A stretch of DNA of 64,000 nucleotides from Diplonema japonicum (taxonomy: Eukaryota; Protista; Euglenozoa: Diplonemea). Below the pieces are notes generated by a model that was given only the letters and a program-made list of their open reading frames with translations, searched no databases and was not told where the DNA came from. Numbering within the stretch: position 1 is the stretch's first letter; every line of letters begins with the position of its first letter. Shown piece by piece: positions 29,902-44,313 of the stretch. A program made the translations under genes and the position numbers. The stretch spans positions 1 through 64,000 of the forward strand of contig OZ025717.1 in assembly GCA_964019335.1 (NCBI GenBank). The letters are read 5' to 3'.

Positions 29902-31326
29902 TCACTTGCCTGTTAAGTCAATTTTTCTACTTGTAGGGTTATAATCCGTGTTTACGAATATTTGGTCTTCCTTCTGTAGGAGCAAAGGCTGTCTTGCTGA
30001 AGGGGACCGCCAGTTGAGCAAGAGAGACAACGTTGGTTTGAAGACTGAGACAGGCATTCCTGTACGGCCGCGAAGGTCGTCTTTCGACATAGTGTCAGTA
30101 TGAGCAAAGGAGAGGAGGACACAGGCAGCAGGTGTTGGCAGCATTAACGTTACGGGGTGCGCTTTGTTAGGAATGGTGTACTTCATCTCTACACTGCCGT
30201 ACAAGGGAAGGAGGTCGAGGTGCTTACCCTGGTTCACCGGGAGGTCGATATGGTCAGTGAGTGCAGCTGGCACCGGCCACGAATCAGATCGCAGCGTCTC
30301 ACCCCACGTCGCCGAGCTGAAGGTTTGCAAGTTGCCCGTCTGGCTGCAATGCTGCGACAGGACGTCCACAAGCCTTGCCTTCAGCACTGTAAAGGTTGCA
30401 TTCTTCATCAGTAATATGGCATCGCGCATGCGCTGATGCACAGCATTGCTCTGCTCACTGCTGCTCGGCGTCTTCACCTTTAGTACATCCATCACAGAAG
30501 ACAATCCTCTCCTTCCAAAGAACAACACTTCCTGCAGCCCTTGCAGAAGGCTGTCATCGAAAGCCTTTCTGTTGTCGCCTGGCAACAGCTCAACGCAGTC
30601 GATGACAGTCTGTAGCTCACCCGAGTCCGCTTGCAAAAGATACGTGATCAATGCGTCTGTGTGCAGCATGAGGCATTGGGAGAAGCCCAACTGGAAAGCT
30701 CGTACATAGGAGTCCACCATAGTTGGATAGGGTGCCTCCTCAGCGCTGCTGGCAACACCTACGGACAGCTTCGAAGTAAGCACATCTGCCGTGACAGTCC
30801 CTTCAAATGAGGCAAGACATGTCTGCCCGCCACGGTACAATCTGCGCCTGTCTGCAGAGATGGACGAGGGGCGAGAAGGAGAAGGAACCTTTTGAGGCCG
30901 CAGCTCGGGCAAGATGCTCATGTCGACAGAGACGCTTCCGTGGGTTTCGTAATCGACCACACCAAGGCGGTAGAGGGCTGTCTCGGAGGGCATGCAAGGC
31001 ATTGCATTAAGTACTTCCACTAACGCTTCTCGCAGAGTGTGCCCTCTGCGCTTTATGAGGTAGACACACAGCGGCTCCACCACCAACGACTCATCGTTAT
31101 GATAAACCACACACTTCTTCCCCGGGCATGCAGCGCCAAGTACCCTCTGCACACCCTCCTCGTCGGTGCTTGCCACCACATCGAAGAGTCTCTTGTAAAA
31201 GGTATCCACGCCACATGCCACCATCAAGCCCACGCCTTCCCCTGCTAGCCATTCTAAATCAGCGGCCTTCAACTGCTTAGCAACGATGGTGCTACCATCG
31301 AAAAGCTCATATTGTTTTGGGTTCAT
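29902..31326 (-). CDS. Hypothetical protein with a divergent cullin-homology-like C-terminus
   Basis: C-terminal AACVLLSFAHTDTMSKDDLRGRTGM...LSLL...IFVNTDY resembles the end of the cullin homology domain. Confidence 0.55.
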   Translation of the reverse strand: MNPKQYELFDGSTIVAKQLKAADLEWLAGEGVGLMVACGVDTFYKRLFDVVASTDEEGVQRVLGAACPGKKCVVYHNDESLVVEPLCVYLIKRRGHTLREALVEVLNAMPCMPSETALYRLGVVDYETHGSVSVDMSILPELRPQKVPSPSRPSSISADRRRLYRGGQTCLASFEGTVTADVLTSKLSVGVASSAEEAPYPTMVDSYVRAFQLGFSQCLMLHTDALITYLLQADSGELQTVIDCVELLPGDNRKAFDDSLLQGLQEVLFFGRRGLSSVMDVLKVKTPSSSEQSNAVHQRMRDAILLMKNATFTVLKARLVDVLSQHCSQTGNLQTFSSATWGETLRSDSWPVPAALTDHIDLPVNQGKHLDLLPLYGSVEMKYTIPNKAHPVTLMLPTPAACVLLSFAHTDTMSKDDLRGRTGMPVSVFKPTLSLLLNWRSPSARQPLLLQKEDQIFVNTDYNPTSRKIDLTGK

Positions 31327-31943
31327 AGCCTGTCAGCATTATAAGTGGGACAAACCAGTTCCAAAATCAACCACGCAAGGCAAGAGTGCAGAACACTGTA
31401 TTTTGGGAGAAAAAAAGAAGACACAACCACTAAGTAAAAAAGGTCTACCAAGTAAGCTTGAGCTGTACTTCATCTTGGTAAGTATGGAAATCAAAAAAAA
31501 ATGGACCCCAGAATAAATAAAGGGGAAGCTAAACGTTGCTCCCCCCATTGGTTTTTTTTTTTTCGACTTGGAAAAAAACAAAAGGAAAAAAAAGAAGAAA
31601 AAAAAAACAAAAAATAAACGAGGAAAACTAACATGCTGCACAAACGAATGCCGCAGAAGGCAGCACCTATACCTGGAGGTTCCCTTCCAGTTATAGATAA
31701 CATGCTGCAAGCTTGTGCTGCAAGGTTAGGTAACATCATATGTATCCAAAGACCAACCGCCTCCTCGGGTTGAGCAAAATCCTGAGTTGCCGGTCGAAGC
31801 GGGGTTTCAAAAAAAAAAAAAGAAAAAAAAAAGAGAAGGGCCTACATGCGTGGCCTTGGATACTATGAGTTTGTGTATTCCTTTTTTTTTTTTTTTATAT
31901 TGTCGTCTTCTCCAATGCAATTAAGAATATCGAGAGGTGCACT

Positions 31944-32499
31944 CTACTTGCACTGCGAGCATGCGAAGATAACTGTGAGGGTGGTGTGGGTGAAGGTGGT
32001 GTGGTATAGATAACAACATACACTGGCTCATGTTCATGTTGACCATGCCAGACCTCTGGGTGTCGAATGACATGAAAGTCCTGCTAGCAAGCTCGAGATA
32101 GGCACAGAACGCCATGTACTCAGCACGCGACATGGTACCGTTGTTGTCAGGGTCGTAGGCCTTCGTTGCTGCGTAGAAGGCGTGCTGATCGAGGTTCAGC
32201 ATCGGGAACCCCTGCTTGATTGCGTTGTAGACCTCAGCGTGGTTCAGCGACTGAGACCTGTCGAGGTCCACCTGCATGAAGCACGCGTCCTTAGCCTGAA
32301 TCCACGCGAACAAGTTCCTGAACTCCGGAAGGCTGATCCTCCCACTCCTGTCAGGGTCGAAGCACCTAAGCATCATGTTGCAGGTCATGGGGGAGAAGTT
32401 CAGCCCCGCCTGCTGCAGTGCTCCCTTGAGCTCCTTGTAATCCAGCTGACCCGACCTGTCGGTGTCAACGTAGGAGAACCACTGTGCCATGCTGTCCAT
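31944..32499 (-). CDS. Penta-EF-hand calcium-binding protein (ALG-2/peflin-like); 49-nt intron 31973-32021
   Basis: DTDRSGQLDYKE, DPDRSGRISLPE, DLDRSQSLNHAE, DPDNNGTMSRAE, FDTQRSG; splicing restores the SQFIFACSQCK* end. Confidence 0.9.
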
Positions 32500-32682
32500 C
32501 TTGCTTTGTTTTGTTTGCTGGAGGCTGGGGCGGCTTAATAAAACACGGGAAACCGGAAAAATGCTGGAATAACAAATTACAAACAACACCCCACCCCACC
32601 GGATGGGAGGTACAGTGCTACTCTACAGAGAAAAGTACAATTAATTAGGAAAGAACGACTCGGAACCACGACGGATTATAGC

Positions 32683-35277
32683 TTAGCTTTCTTGTGGCAT
32701 GCTGCCACCTCTCTGGGGGCTTCCCGTTTTTCGTAGGTGCCTAACATCGCGGAGTGTGCGGGGGGACAGAGCTGTGTGGAGTGAAGACATGGTTTGGTGC
32801 ATACGATTGTCTAAAAAGTTTATGACGCCTTTGATCTGGTTGGACAACTCGCTGTAGGCTGTGGGTGGTGATGTACACAAGAGGAAAGCATACCGATCAG
32901 AGTGTCGTCACCTGCTGTCAAGGCGGGGCTCCCTTCACGGACGATGCCTGTGGGTGTAAATACGCCCACACAGTGCATACCTCGATTCGCCTTCTCTGCA
33001 TGCGACAAGTAAATGGAGACGATTTTCTTCCAATTCTTCACGATCTTCCCCTTACTGAGCGTGGGTTGGAACTCAGCAATAACTGTGTAAAGCGACTCTG
33101 GGTCGGACTCCTGGTGTCGATACTTAAAAGATTTCTGTACATACATAAAGCGCTTCAGCAACTTCCATGAGGCCCTTTGAAGCATGCACATGGCTCATGC
33201 CTTTCCTAAACCTCTGGACAAGCGTGAGATCGTCAACTACCACGACTTGCATGGCATTCGCCTTCAAGGCATCGATCTCTTCCTTCAATCTTTTTGCCTC
33301 TGCGTAGTCCTCCCTCAGTGCCGCTTCTTCTTTAAGCTTTGTGAGGAGATCTATTTCTTGCAATGTCTCCTGGCGCCTCGCGTTCTCTTGCTGTCTACTA
33401 AGCAGCGCGTCAATTGCATCCTTCAACCGCTTCGCTTCCTCGAAGTCCTCGTTGCTCACCGCTATCGCCTTTAGCCCCATCAGCTCATCGTAGGTAGCCT
33501 CGCCAGCTCTCGCGGGGTCGCAGTTCTCATAGGTAGCAGGAGTTGCCGATTCATAAACAACACTGCTGTGTAGCAGCATGAGGTCATCCTTGAAGTAGAT
33601 GAAAGAGTCTCCCCTTGGCCCTTTCACAGTGATAGGCAAAATGGCCTCTTCGGTATGGTCGGAGGTTGCGGAAGGGGGTTGCGTGATAATACCCATCTCC
33701 CCCTGCTTCAAACATCCAGTAGTCAGCAGCTCTGGAGCATGACCAGGGGCAAGCATCACCCTGTCCCCGGCATTTGGTTTGTCCCTCGCTGTTGTAAGCT
33801 GGACGAACAAGTTGCAATTCTCCGTGAGCTGCCTCATGGAGTACATGTCGACCCACCCAGGGATGCCCGGGTCGTGGATCTGCAGCAACTTTGTCTTCAC
33901 AGACTGCCGCCACACGTCGTCCATCACAGGATGCGGAATGTGTCTCTTTGCTTCTTCGATAAGCAGCTGCTCTAGCTGCTTCCCCAGTTGCTCCAAGGTG
34001 CTGTCTGGTTCGACCATTGCGGAGAAAGTTGCGACATTGCCATAAAGATGGGCAGAAGCAGAAACAGGGATAGGTGCGGCACGTAACTGAGGCACGTTGT
34101 GCTCTGGGACAGGTTCTGGCACATGAGGGGCCAGAGGAGGGCGTTCGTGGTACTCGGGCATGACTGAGTTGTAGGTGAGGTACTTCTTGTCGATGTAACC
34201 AGTGCGCCCATCGACTTCCACGTACCTCCAGATGCCGTCAGACGGAGCCAGCTCGCTGACAACTGTTCCATCTGGTACCCACATGATACACGCAGTGAGC
34301 TCTGACGGCCTGTCCCTGAGAGGGACTGTGCCGCCCCTGTAGTGTACTCTGTACTGACGAAGGCTATCTTGCTTAAGAGCAGGCTGCTTTGGAGGTTCGC
34401 GGGCAGCAGTCGGCGGTGGGATTGCTTGCGGGGACGGTGCCGGCCCAGGGTGTTGCCATATAGAAGGAGCTAGGAAACCATACATCTGCGCGAAGTCTTT
34501 TAACTGGTCGCTTGTGATAAGGTCACACCACGTGCCCGCAGTGTCGTTGTACACCTGCAGACGGATGAAAGTCATATCGAGGTATGGGTGTTCGGGCTGC
34601 TTTACTGCGGCAGCTTCGTTGCCAAACACCTCCTCCGCTTTCATTTTGACTCCCTGCATTGTCGGTTTCATGTCGAAATCCAGCTCCAGGTTTGTTTTCT
34701 TCCCATACACCTCAGCGCACATCAGCAAGGTGAATCCCGTGACAGTGCCAGTGGGCGAAGCCTCCGACACTTCATATTCGTTTGCTTGCAGTGAAGCAGC
34801 AGCGGCAGACACGGGGGGAATAGGATCGGGTATGGGCAAGACTTCGGTGGCACGCTCTTCATTGGTATTGGCTCCTTCGTCTTGGACGGTTTCAGGTGCA
34901 TTACTTTTGTCCTCAACAGGGAGGGGTGCGGGTGTCTCGATGCGTGCCGGCGATGGGATCGGTTCCTCACTGCGGCTGCCCAGTTTCCCAATCACTGCAG
35001 TTTTGCACTTGTCGTACTCCTCCTGTGACAGCTGTCCTGCGTTGAGAAGCTCAGCAAGGACCTTGAGATCTCCTGCGACGTTGCCCTGGTTCCCATGATT
35101 GTGGATAATTTGATGCTCAGGTACAGTCTCGCCCCTCCTTGGTGACTTCATCATTGTGGTCACTTCGCCAGTTGGCGCAACGTAAGTGGTGATGGCAATA
35201 GGGCTCCCAGGCCGCTCTGGAAATTGCCAGTTAGGATCACCCATGATACCTGTAGGTTGTTTAGTAAGATGCTGCAT
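32683..35277 (-). CDS. Multidomain protein: SHOCT-like, two BILBO1 N-terminal-like domains, SH3-like, two UVR-like coils; introns 33111-33144, 32859-32893
   Basis: FTLLMCAEVYGKKTNLELDF..KPT...AEEVF...LQVYND...WCDLITSDQLKDFAQMY resembles BILBO1-N; WRYVEVDGRTGYID (SH3-like); EDFEEAKRLKDAI and EDYAEAKRLKEEI (UVR-like). Introns join three ORFs in frame. Confidence 0.72.
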
Positions 35278-35322
35278 TAGTTTCCAAATCTACAATAACA
35301 AAGTAGGATGTACAACATCTAT

Positions 35323-37412
35323 TTATAACTGTGGATGAGGCGCGTAGGCCGGTGCGGGAGCGACACCGTCGGGCTCGCTAGAGGCGGCGTCGCTGTAGCC
35401 CTCTTCGTCGTACAAAGTATGAGACATGGGTGTGATGGACTGAGGTTGGTGGGTGCGCACGCGTTGTGGTGGTGGCCGCTGAGGCGCCGCCTCGCCCATC
35501 GGCACGTGGTCCCTGGCCTCCATCACTTCCTCCACGTCCCAAGCGTCGTCCTTACCCCACCTGTATGTGGAACCTCTGCCAGTGGCATCCCAACGCACGG
35601 TCACCCACCCAAGCATCTTATCCACCTTCGCCACGGTACCGAGGTTTCCAGGTCCTCCGTCTTGGTTACCCCACTGCCAATAGGTGTTATTTCTCCTCAC
35701 ACGGGCACCCACTCTTATCGAAGTCCTGCCTGTGTTGTTTACGGTGCCAATTGTGTGGCTTGTGTAGCCAGAAGCCTCAGAGCCTGGTGAGTCACCCCTT
35801 CTGATGGACTCCTGCCTTCTGACTGGGGAATCATTCGTCCTCCGAGGTGACTCCGGCGCCCAAGTCCAGCTCCCCTCACACCCGACGAGCTCCCTTCTAG
35901 GCGACTGGCCCTTGTCCGACGATGCTCTCCGAGGTGACCTTGCTGGAGAGTTGCTGCTGCTCCCTCCGCTGCGGGGTGTACCAGGGGGGCTCTGCCGCAC
36001 GTCGTCATCTTCGTATATGGAGTGCAGTTTGCCGTTCTCGTCGTAGTACGATCCCTTCGGGGCAGCCAGCCTGCTGATATCCGTCTCGGGCTTGTCGTCA
36101 CGCGGAAGCCACACGAGCCTCTGGAAGGCGTGCCCTGGGACTTCAGTGGAGGCATTGGGGACTATCTTTACTGTGCTGAACTGCTGGTTCCTTTCGATCA
36201 AGATGCTGAGGGCCTCTTTAGGAGGAAGGTTGGTAAGAATTTGTCTGAACAGAGCAAGATCGGGAGTCTGCTCACCGTTAATGGCGCACACCGTATCTTC
36301 GGGGAGGATGCCAGCTTTCTTTGCAGGCCCACGCACGCCCACTACCTTGATACCGTCCTCTCTCTTCTGCCTTCCTACCTTCTTCTTTCCCTTGAGGGGA
36401 CGCGGGAGGGTGTCAGTCAAGCATAGACCCAACTCGGGATAATTCTTCGGGGACACCTTTTCTGAGACAGTTTTCTTGGTAATGGTTTCACGCTTGGGAG
36501 GTGACCTGCTTCTGTTTTGCATTTCAAGCTGCAGCTGTTTGGCCTGAAGTTCTTTCTGCAACTGCTTGTTTTTTAGCTCCTGCTGCAGCTGCATTTCTTG
36601 TTGCATTTGTTTGGCCTGAAGTTCTTGTTGCAGCTGCTTATTCTTCATCTCTTGCTGCAGCTGTTTGTTTTTCATCTCTTGCTGCAGTTGATTCATGGCC
36701 TCCCGCTCCCTGGCAGCCTCCTTTCCGTTGGTTTCCGCCACTCTTTTCAAGTACTCAAGCTCCTTGTTAGCAGCCACGGCATTGTTCTTCAGCTCCATGT
36801 TCTGCTTCCGCAGCTTCTCCTGCTCGGCAAGGAGGCGTTCGTTCTTCTCACGTTCTTCGCTGGCGACGTCCTCTAATTGCCTGTGGTGTGTGTGTGTTGT
36901 CAGTGGTGATACCTTCTCATTGAAGTTTCATTGTCTATATCACGCGTCAGATTGTGCTGCTTGGCTTGGACGGAGTTCATGTCTGTTCGTAACTTGTGCA
37001 GCTCTTCCCGCAGCTCTTCGTTCTCGTCGTTCAGATTACGGATCTCTCCTTTAAGTGTGTTGCGCTCAAGCTTCAACTTCTCTGTGACAGGCATCAAGCT
37101 GTCGTACTCCTGAAGATGAGATGACTGCCGTAAAGGAAACCATACCTTGTGCACGCTATTTGTCGTAGCAAAGAGCCTCCACTTGATGTAGTAGCAGCTC
37201 CTCACACGCTGTATAAATATCCCTGGGGTGGAGTGGAACGAAGAAATTATATACATACACTCAGATGTGGTAACCGCCGAGCGCAGTGCTTCGGCCTCCC
37301 AGTATGTCGCAACCCTGCCCTGCCGTTTGCGGTCTGTCCTTTGCGTGCGGGGGTCGCACACATCACTGTCACGTGTGAAGTTGTCTCTTAAGCCTGGTGG
37401 CTGCCTCCGCAT
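35323..37412 (-). CDS. Coiled-coil + PDZ + MIB/HERC2 domain protein; introns 36881-36912, 37110-37145, probably 37223-37258
   Basis: GIKVVGVRGPAKKAGILPEDTVCAING (PDZ); VGARVRR...WQWGNQDGGPGNLGTV...VRWD...YRWG (Mib-Herc2). The 5' exon structure is less certain. Confidence 0.78.
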
Positions 37413-39049
37413 TTCTTATTTATTTATGTACCCAACCTCCGCACCTGGCAGCGGGATGTTCTATTGACACGCAAGGGGTTCATTAAATAGAGAGGGAGGT
37501 GGGGAATATGGTCAAAATGAGTGACTCGCGCAGTTCCTCACTGCCAAGCTTTCTGTCATAAGCGGTGGTCGATGGTAGTGTGTCACATGGAATAAATAAA
37601 TAAAAAAGGGTGCGCGGAGGGGAGACATCCTCTGGGGGGGGGGGGGGTTGTTTTTGCTTTGTTTTTTTTTTCTACTTTTTTTTTAAAAAAGAAAACCATT
37701 CAATACTGGCCCCTTCTTTTTTAAAAAAATACCCCCCAGATGGAGGTGCTGGTGCGTTGACTTACTTTTAAAAAAAATGAATCTCATCTCAAAGACGGGT
37801 AAGGGGACAGGGGGATTAGGAGGGGAGGGGAACAATGAAATAAAAGGGAAATTTTAAAAAAAAAATCATCATAAAAGGAGTTGACAGTACCACAGAAGAC
37901 ACGAGAGACATGGCCCACGGACCCCTCACGGGGGGGAGAAGGGGCGAAGAATTCTTTTTTTTTTTTCATGAGCAGGGAGTTTAAAATGGGAATGAAAAAA
38001 AAAAATAACTAAGGAGCAGTATGGGTTGGGACATCAAAAAGAAAATGAAATGAAGAAATGAAACGAAGCTAGGTGGCAACAAGAGGGGTGGAAAATCAAT
38101 GGGGAAATCTTTCCATCAGCACAAACCACAAATCAAGCCAGATGTTGCGTTGTGCACACAGGAAAAGTTTGATGGATAGCATAATCTTGCTGCTTAAGAA
38201 CAAGAGAAAAGAAAAGAAAAACAGAGATGAGGTAAAAAAGGTGGAAGTGGGCATTTTTTTTTCTTCCGGTAATAAAAAAAAGGGCAAAAAAGAGGAGAAC
38301 TTAGAAAAAAAGACCTTCTCTTTCTTTTTTTTTTTTCCCTTTTTTTTTCCCCCCTCCGTTCTCGTTCAGAAAGAAAGAATGAAGAAAAAAGGGAAAAAAA
38401 AAAAAAAAAAAGCAACAAGCAAAAAAAATATTTATGAACTTTTTTTTTTGGAATTATTTCAACAAAAAAAAGAGGGGAAAAAAAAAATTAACAAATGTTT
38501 TCTTCGTAATAGCATGTTTTCTTTTTTTCTTTTGACGCAAAATAGCTTCTTTTTTACGTCTTTCAATTATTTATGTTCCAAACCGCAGCAAAACCCCATT
38601 GTATTGTACTTCACGACACCCTGGTCGAAGGAGGTGCAGTTGGATTCTGTATGTTCTCATTTCTGTTTGTAGTGCGACAAGGAAAAACCACAGAAGGGCG
38701 CAAAGATGAGCAAACAAAAAAAAAAGGAGGAGAGAAAGGGAAAAAAAAAGACGGGGAACGGGTAATATAAAAAAGAGTAATAAGTAGAGAATACAGCACT
38801 AAACGACACCAAGCAAGACTGCAACAAAGGATATGAATTATAAAATGGATCTGCTGAGCGCTCTATCTTCCCTTCGGTCTGAAGATGGGAAGTTGGCACG
38901 TAAATAGGGGTTTACTACCCAGCAGCCAACCATGTCCTCTGTAACAACATCTCTCTCATGCCTTGGGGAACTGTTTATCTGGTTAAGGGGGGGGGGGGGA
39001 TCTCGTTCTTTTGCACTCCATTCTGGTAATCCTTGTCATATGTATGGTT

Positions 39050-40633
39050 TCACGCCTCGGACATGAGCGTCTTGCAGTGAGCACGAAGCCTCCTGGGCAT
39101 GGCCTCCGTGACAGGGATAGACAGCTCCTTGGCATCAGGGTGTGTCTTCAACACCTTGAAGGAGGCACCGATCTGCTCGTCGGCAGCCACAGGCAGCACC
39201 AAGCCAGACAGGTTCTTCGTGAAGAGCACCAGCATCGACGACATGTCCTCCGCACCGAAGGCGTTGTCCATGAAGAGCGACACGCCCAAAGCCAGCAGGC
39301 AGCTGTACACCATGAGCTCTCTGTTGCCAGCGTCCTCGACGTGCTCTGCCTCCTCGTCGCACATGAACTCATCCACTTCCATCACGTTGACGCCTTTCGC
39401 GATGCGCTCCCTCACATCAGCACCCACCATCTCCTTCATCTCGTGGTGCCCGTCGAGGATAGCACGTACCTTGTCATTGCCGGTGCTCACGCTGACACCC
39501 ACCAGTGCCTTAGACACCACATCGTCATCGTCGGTCAATGTCTTTAGGTTTGTGCGTTCGCCCCTTGACACCTGCTGCTCGATCATGCTCACCAGGCGCT
39601 GCACATCAGTTTCGATGTCCGTCCCACCGCTGCTGGGTGCGGGTGTTGATTCCATGCTGCTGCTGACCTCGTCTTGGTCATAGAGTGGGAGTGTTTGTGA
39701 ACGGCTCATGAAGGATTTTGCGGAAGGGTTGAGGTAGAAGTACGGCTGCTGGCCTTCCTCTTCGTCGTCGTCGAGAACCTCCTCACCTGCCTCGCCGTCG
39801 TCCTGGTAAGTGGGCTCCACAAGCGTCTGGTAAGGCCCCGTGCCGTAGTCGGTCCCCCACCAGCCGTAGTTGTTTGTTGACGGCTGCTCGTAGTACTCGG
39901 CGTCGCCCTGGTAGCTGTTCTCGTAGCTTACGGAGGGCATCGACATTGCCATCATGGCGGTCATGCAGAACATACGTGCCCTGGATGCGGCAGAAGGGAG
40001 CCTCTTCTTGCCACTGTTGCTGCCGCTGCTGTTGGCGTTGCTGCCGCACTCGCTGCCGCTTTCGGTGTTTTCATCCTTCCTGTAGTAGGCTTGAAGGTTC
40101 ACGTTGCCTTCTTCGTCGCACTGGGCATTGGTGTCGAGGGGGATGGCCCCAGGTGACTTGTATCCAATGTTGCCTTTCAGAATCTCCGTGTGCACCTTGT
40201 ACTCCACGCATTCCTTGTGCCTGCTGCCTTGGCTGTGGATCACATACTGTGCGTACGAGTTGCACACAACATCGCACTCGCTGCACTTGAAGCGCTGTGC
40301 CTTCACATTGGATTTCACCTTGGACTTGGACTTGGTTTCTGGCCTGATGGGGTACTCGCCCACCCACTCAAGCTCAAGGTTCTCCGTCAGGAAGTCAGCC
40401 AACCTGCTCGGGTGCACCCAGTGGCAGATGTGCTCCCATTTGTCGCTGAACTCGTTGCACAGCCTGTGCCACTCACCCCTGTCCATGGGCTGCGTGGTTT
40501 CCGACTGCTTAACCAGGGCCATGAACTCCTCCTCGCACTGAAACACGTCTGCAGGGCATCCCTGGTGCCTCCTCTCCGGGCGGTAGGCCTTCCTCAACAA
40601 CCTACTCGAGAACATCAATTGTGTTGGTTCCAT
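39050..40633 (-). CDS. Matrin/U1-type C2H2 zinc-finger protein
   Basis: FKCSECDVVCNSYAQYVIHSQGSRH; 527-aa ORF. Confidence 0.8.
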   Translation of the reverse strand: MEPTQLMFSSRLLRKAYRPERRHQGCPADVFQCEEEFMALVKQSETTQPMDRGEWHRLCNEFSDKWEHICHWVHPSRLADFLTENLELEWVGEYPIRPETKSKSKVKSNVKAQRFKCSECDVVCNSYAQYVIHSQGSRHKECVEYKVHTEILKGNIGYKSPGAIPLDTNAQCDEEGNVNLQAYYRKDENTESGSECGSNANSSGSNSGKKRLPSAASRARMFCMTAMMAMSMPSVSYENSYQGDAEYYEQPSTNNYGWWGTDYGTGPYQTLVEPTYQDDGEAGEEVLDDDEEEGQQPYFYLNPSAKSFMSRSQTLPLYDQDEVSSSMESTPAPSSGGTDIETDVQRLVSMIEQQVSRGERTNLKTLTDDDDVVSKALVGVSVSTGNDKVRAILDGHHEMKEMVGADVRERIAKGVNVMEVDEFMCDEEAEHVEDAGNRELMVYSCLLALGVSLFMDNAFGAEDMSSMLVLFTKNLSGLVLPVAADEQIGASFKVLKTHPDAKELSIPVTEAMPRRLRAHCKTLMSEA

Positions 40634-40856
40634 TTTTATGTTTAAACTACCGGTCGGTCCTGAGGGGGCGTCTTGTTGTAAGTTAGAAAATAAAATGCTC
40701 TAAACCACGTTAGTCAGCAATAGTGTAGTATGGTACAAGATTGGCTGGGCTGCACTGGGCAGCGGCCCTGATCTAAGAACGGTGTCTTCCTCATCTTCAA
40801 GGCAAGCTGGGTGCTGAGCATGGCATAGCACCACGTTACGTGCGGCAAGCCATCAA

Positions 40857-41543
40857 CTAGCAGGTGATGTTCGCTGGGAGAAAGTAATAAAGATCATTTA
40901 GCTCTTGGTCATCTTTTCGAGCATCGCACGAGGAGCCTTCTGGGCTATCGTACTTCAGGATGTCTTGATAGCTGTCTTTCGTGTCGTTGCTCCCTTCTGA
41001 GCTAGCATTGCGGATGTAGTACGCCTGCACCGTGTTACTAACTGCGGTGTCTAAGGGGATGGCCCCAGACGACTTGTATCCGACGTTCCCCTTCATGAGT
41101 TCTGTGTGTACCTTGTACTCCACGCATTCCTTGTGCCTGCCCCCTTGGCTGTGGATCACATACTGTGCGTACGAGTTGCACACCACTCGGCACTCGCTGC
41201 ACTTGAAGCGCTGTGCCTTGACGCTGGAACGAGCTTTGTGCTTCTCATCGCCTCGCGAGGGGTGTGCCCCAGCCCACTCTAACTCAAGATTTTTTGTTAA
41301 AGAGTCTGCCAGCCGCCCTGGGTGCACCCAGTGGCAGATGTGTTCCCATTTGTCGCTGAACTCGTTGCACAGCCTGTGCCACTCACCCCTGTCCATGGGC
41401 TGCGTGGTTTCTGCCAGCTCAATCAGAGCCATGAACTCCTCCTCGCATTGAAACACGTCTGCAGGGCATCCCTGGTGCCTCTTCTCCGGGCGGTAGGCCT
41501 TCCGAAGCAACCTGCTCGCAAACATTGCACGGGTCGCCTCCAT
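40857..41543 (-). CDS. Tandem, C-terminally shortened paralog of the zinc-finger gene (possibly decaying)
   Basis: First ~165 aa are highly similar to 39050-40633, followed by a short degenerate tail. Confidence 0.7.
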   Translation of the reverse strand: MEATRAMFASRLLRKAYRPEKRHQGCPADVFQCEEEFMALIELAETTQPMDRGEWHRLCNEFSDKWEHICHWVHPGRLADSLTKNLELEWAGAHPSRGDEKHKARSSVKAQRFKCSECRVVCNSYAQYVIHSQGGRHKECVEYKVHTELMKGNVGYKSSGAIPLDTAVSNTVQAYYIRNASSEGSNDTKDSYQDILKYDSPEGSSCDARKDDQELNDLYYFLPANITC

Positions 41544-42098
41544 GTTGTGTTTATTCTTCAACACTAGTGAGCATGAAGCATTGCACGTCAAGCTGCATCG
41601 AGTAAAAAGAAGAAGAAAAAGTGGGGCGGGAGGGTTGTGGTATTGGCAAGGCTGTGGTGAGGATGGGGTGGGGTGGGGGGAGCTTCCTTCTCTCTCGATG
41701 TATTTCATGCTCCCACGCTCGAGTGGAAAGGCAGAACAAAAGGAGGAGGTGCAGCACATCCGCAGCTGTACGCAGCTTGTTGAGAGAATGAGAGCAGTGC
41801 TCTTGAGATTCAAAGGGAGAGGTGAAATATTCATGTTTTCCCAAAAGGAATGTTGAGTAGTAGGTACTTGTGCTAATGGTACCTTCTGGGACCTCCTCCG
41901 TTTGTTAAAAAAATAGATTCTAAAAAAGAAAAATTGGTGGGGGGGAAAGAAGGTAAAAGAAAAAGACTCCAATCTCGTGCCGCTCAACAAAAATGGAGGA
42001 AAGGGTGGGAGAATGGGAAAAAAAAAAAACTACACTTTTAAAAAAATTGTATCAAAGGAGGGTGGGGGGATATAAAATAAAAAAAGAACGGGAGGTGC

Positions 42099-42136
<38 letters not shown>

Positions 42137-42333
42137 AGAAAAAAAAAAACTAACAAAGGGAGGGGAGGGAACCATGTTGTCTTGTATTTATTTTATTTTT
42201 TTTCATTTTTTAAAAATTGTTTTTTATTTATTTATTATTGTGTTTTTTTTATTCTTATTTTTAAAAATTTTTACCGCTTTCTGGTTCAGAAGCCCTTTAG
42301 TAAAAAGCTTTTTTTTTTCGGGATTCTACTATC

Positions 42334-43287
<954 letters not shown>

Positions 43288-43572
43288 CTATGTGATTTGT
43301 CTCTCACACAGAAATGCGTGGCAGTACGAAACTGGAGACCACACAATAAAAGAAGGAGTCAAAATGTCGTCAGGACCCATAAGAAGTGCTTATCTTCTGG
43401 AGTGAGCTATCACTATTTATCGCACTGCAGTGCAGGTGGTGAGAAGGTCAGAAGGGATACTAGGCTAGCCGCCAGCCGGGTGGGCCGACAATGGGTTGGG
43501 AGACTTCCAACACTAAGAGGGGAATGGAAGTTCAAAGGGGTTTTAAGTACACAAAATATAGTCATGATCATT

Positions 43573-44253
<681 letters not shown>

Positions 44254-44313
44254 TCACCATAAAGGATATGGTGATGTCTCTGCAGTGATAGAGGTGGTCT
44301 GTGTCCTGTCTCC

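Noticed and set aside
33131-33140. TTTCTGTAC resembling the SL core
   Set aside because: Only 9 nt, on the antisense strand, inside a predicted intron; chance match.
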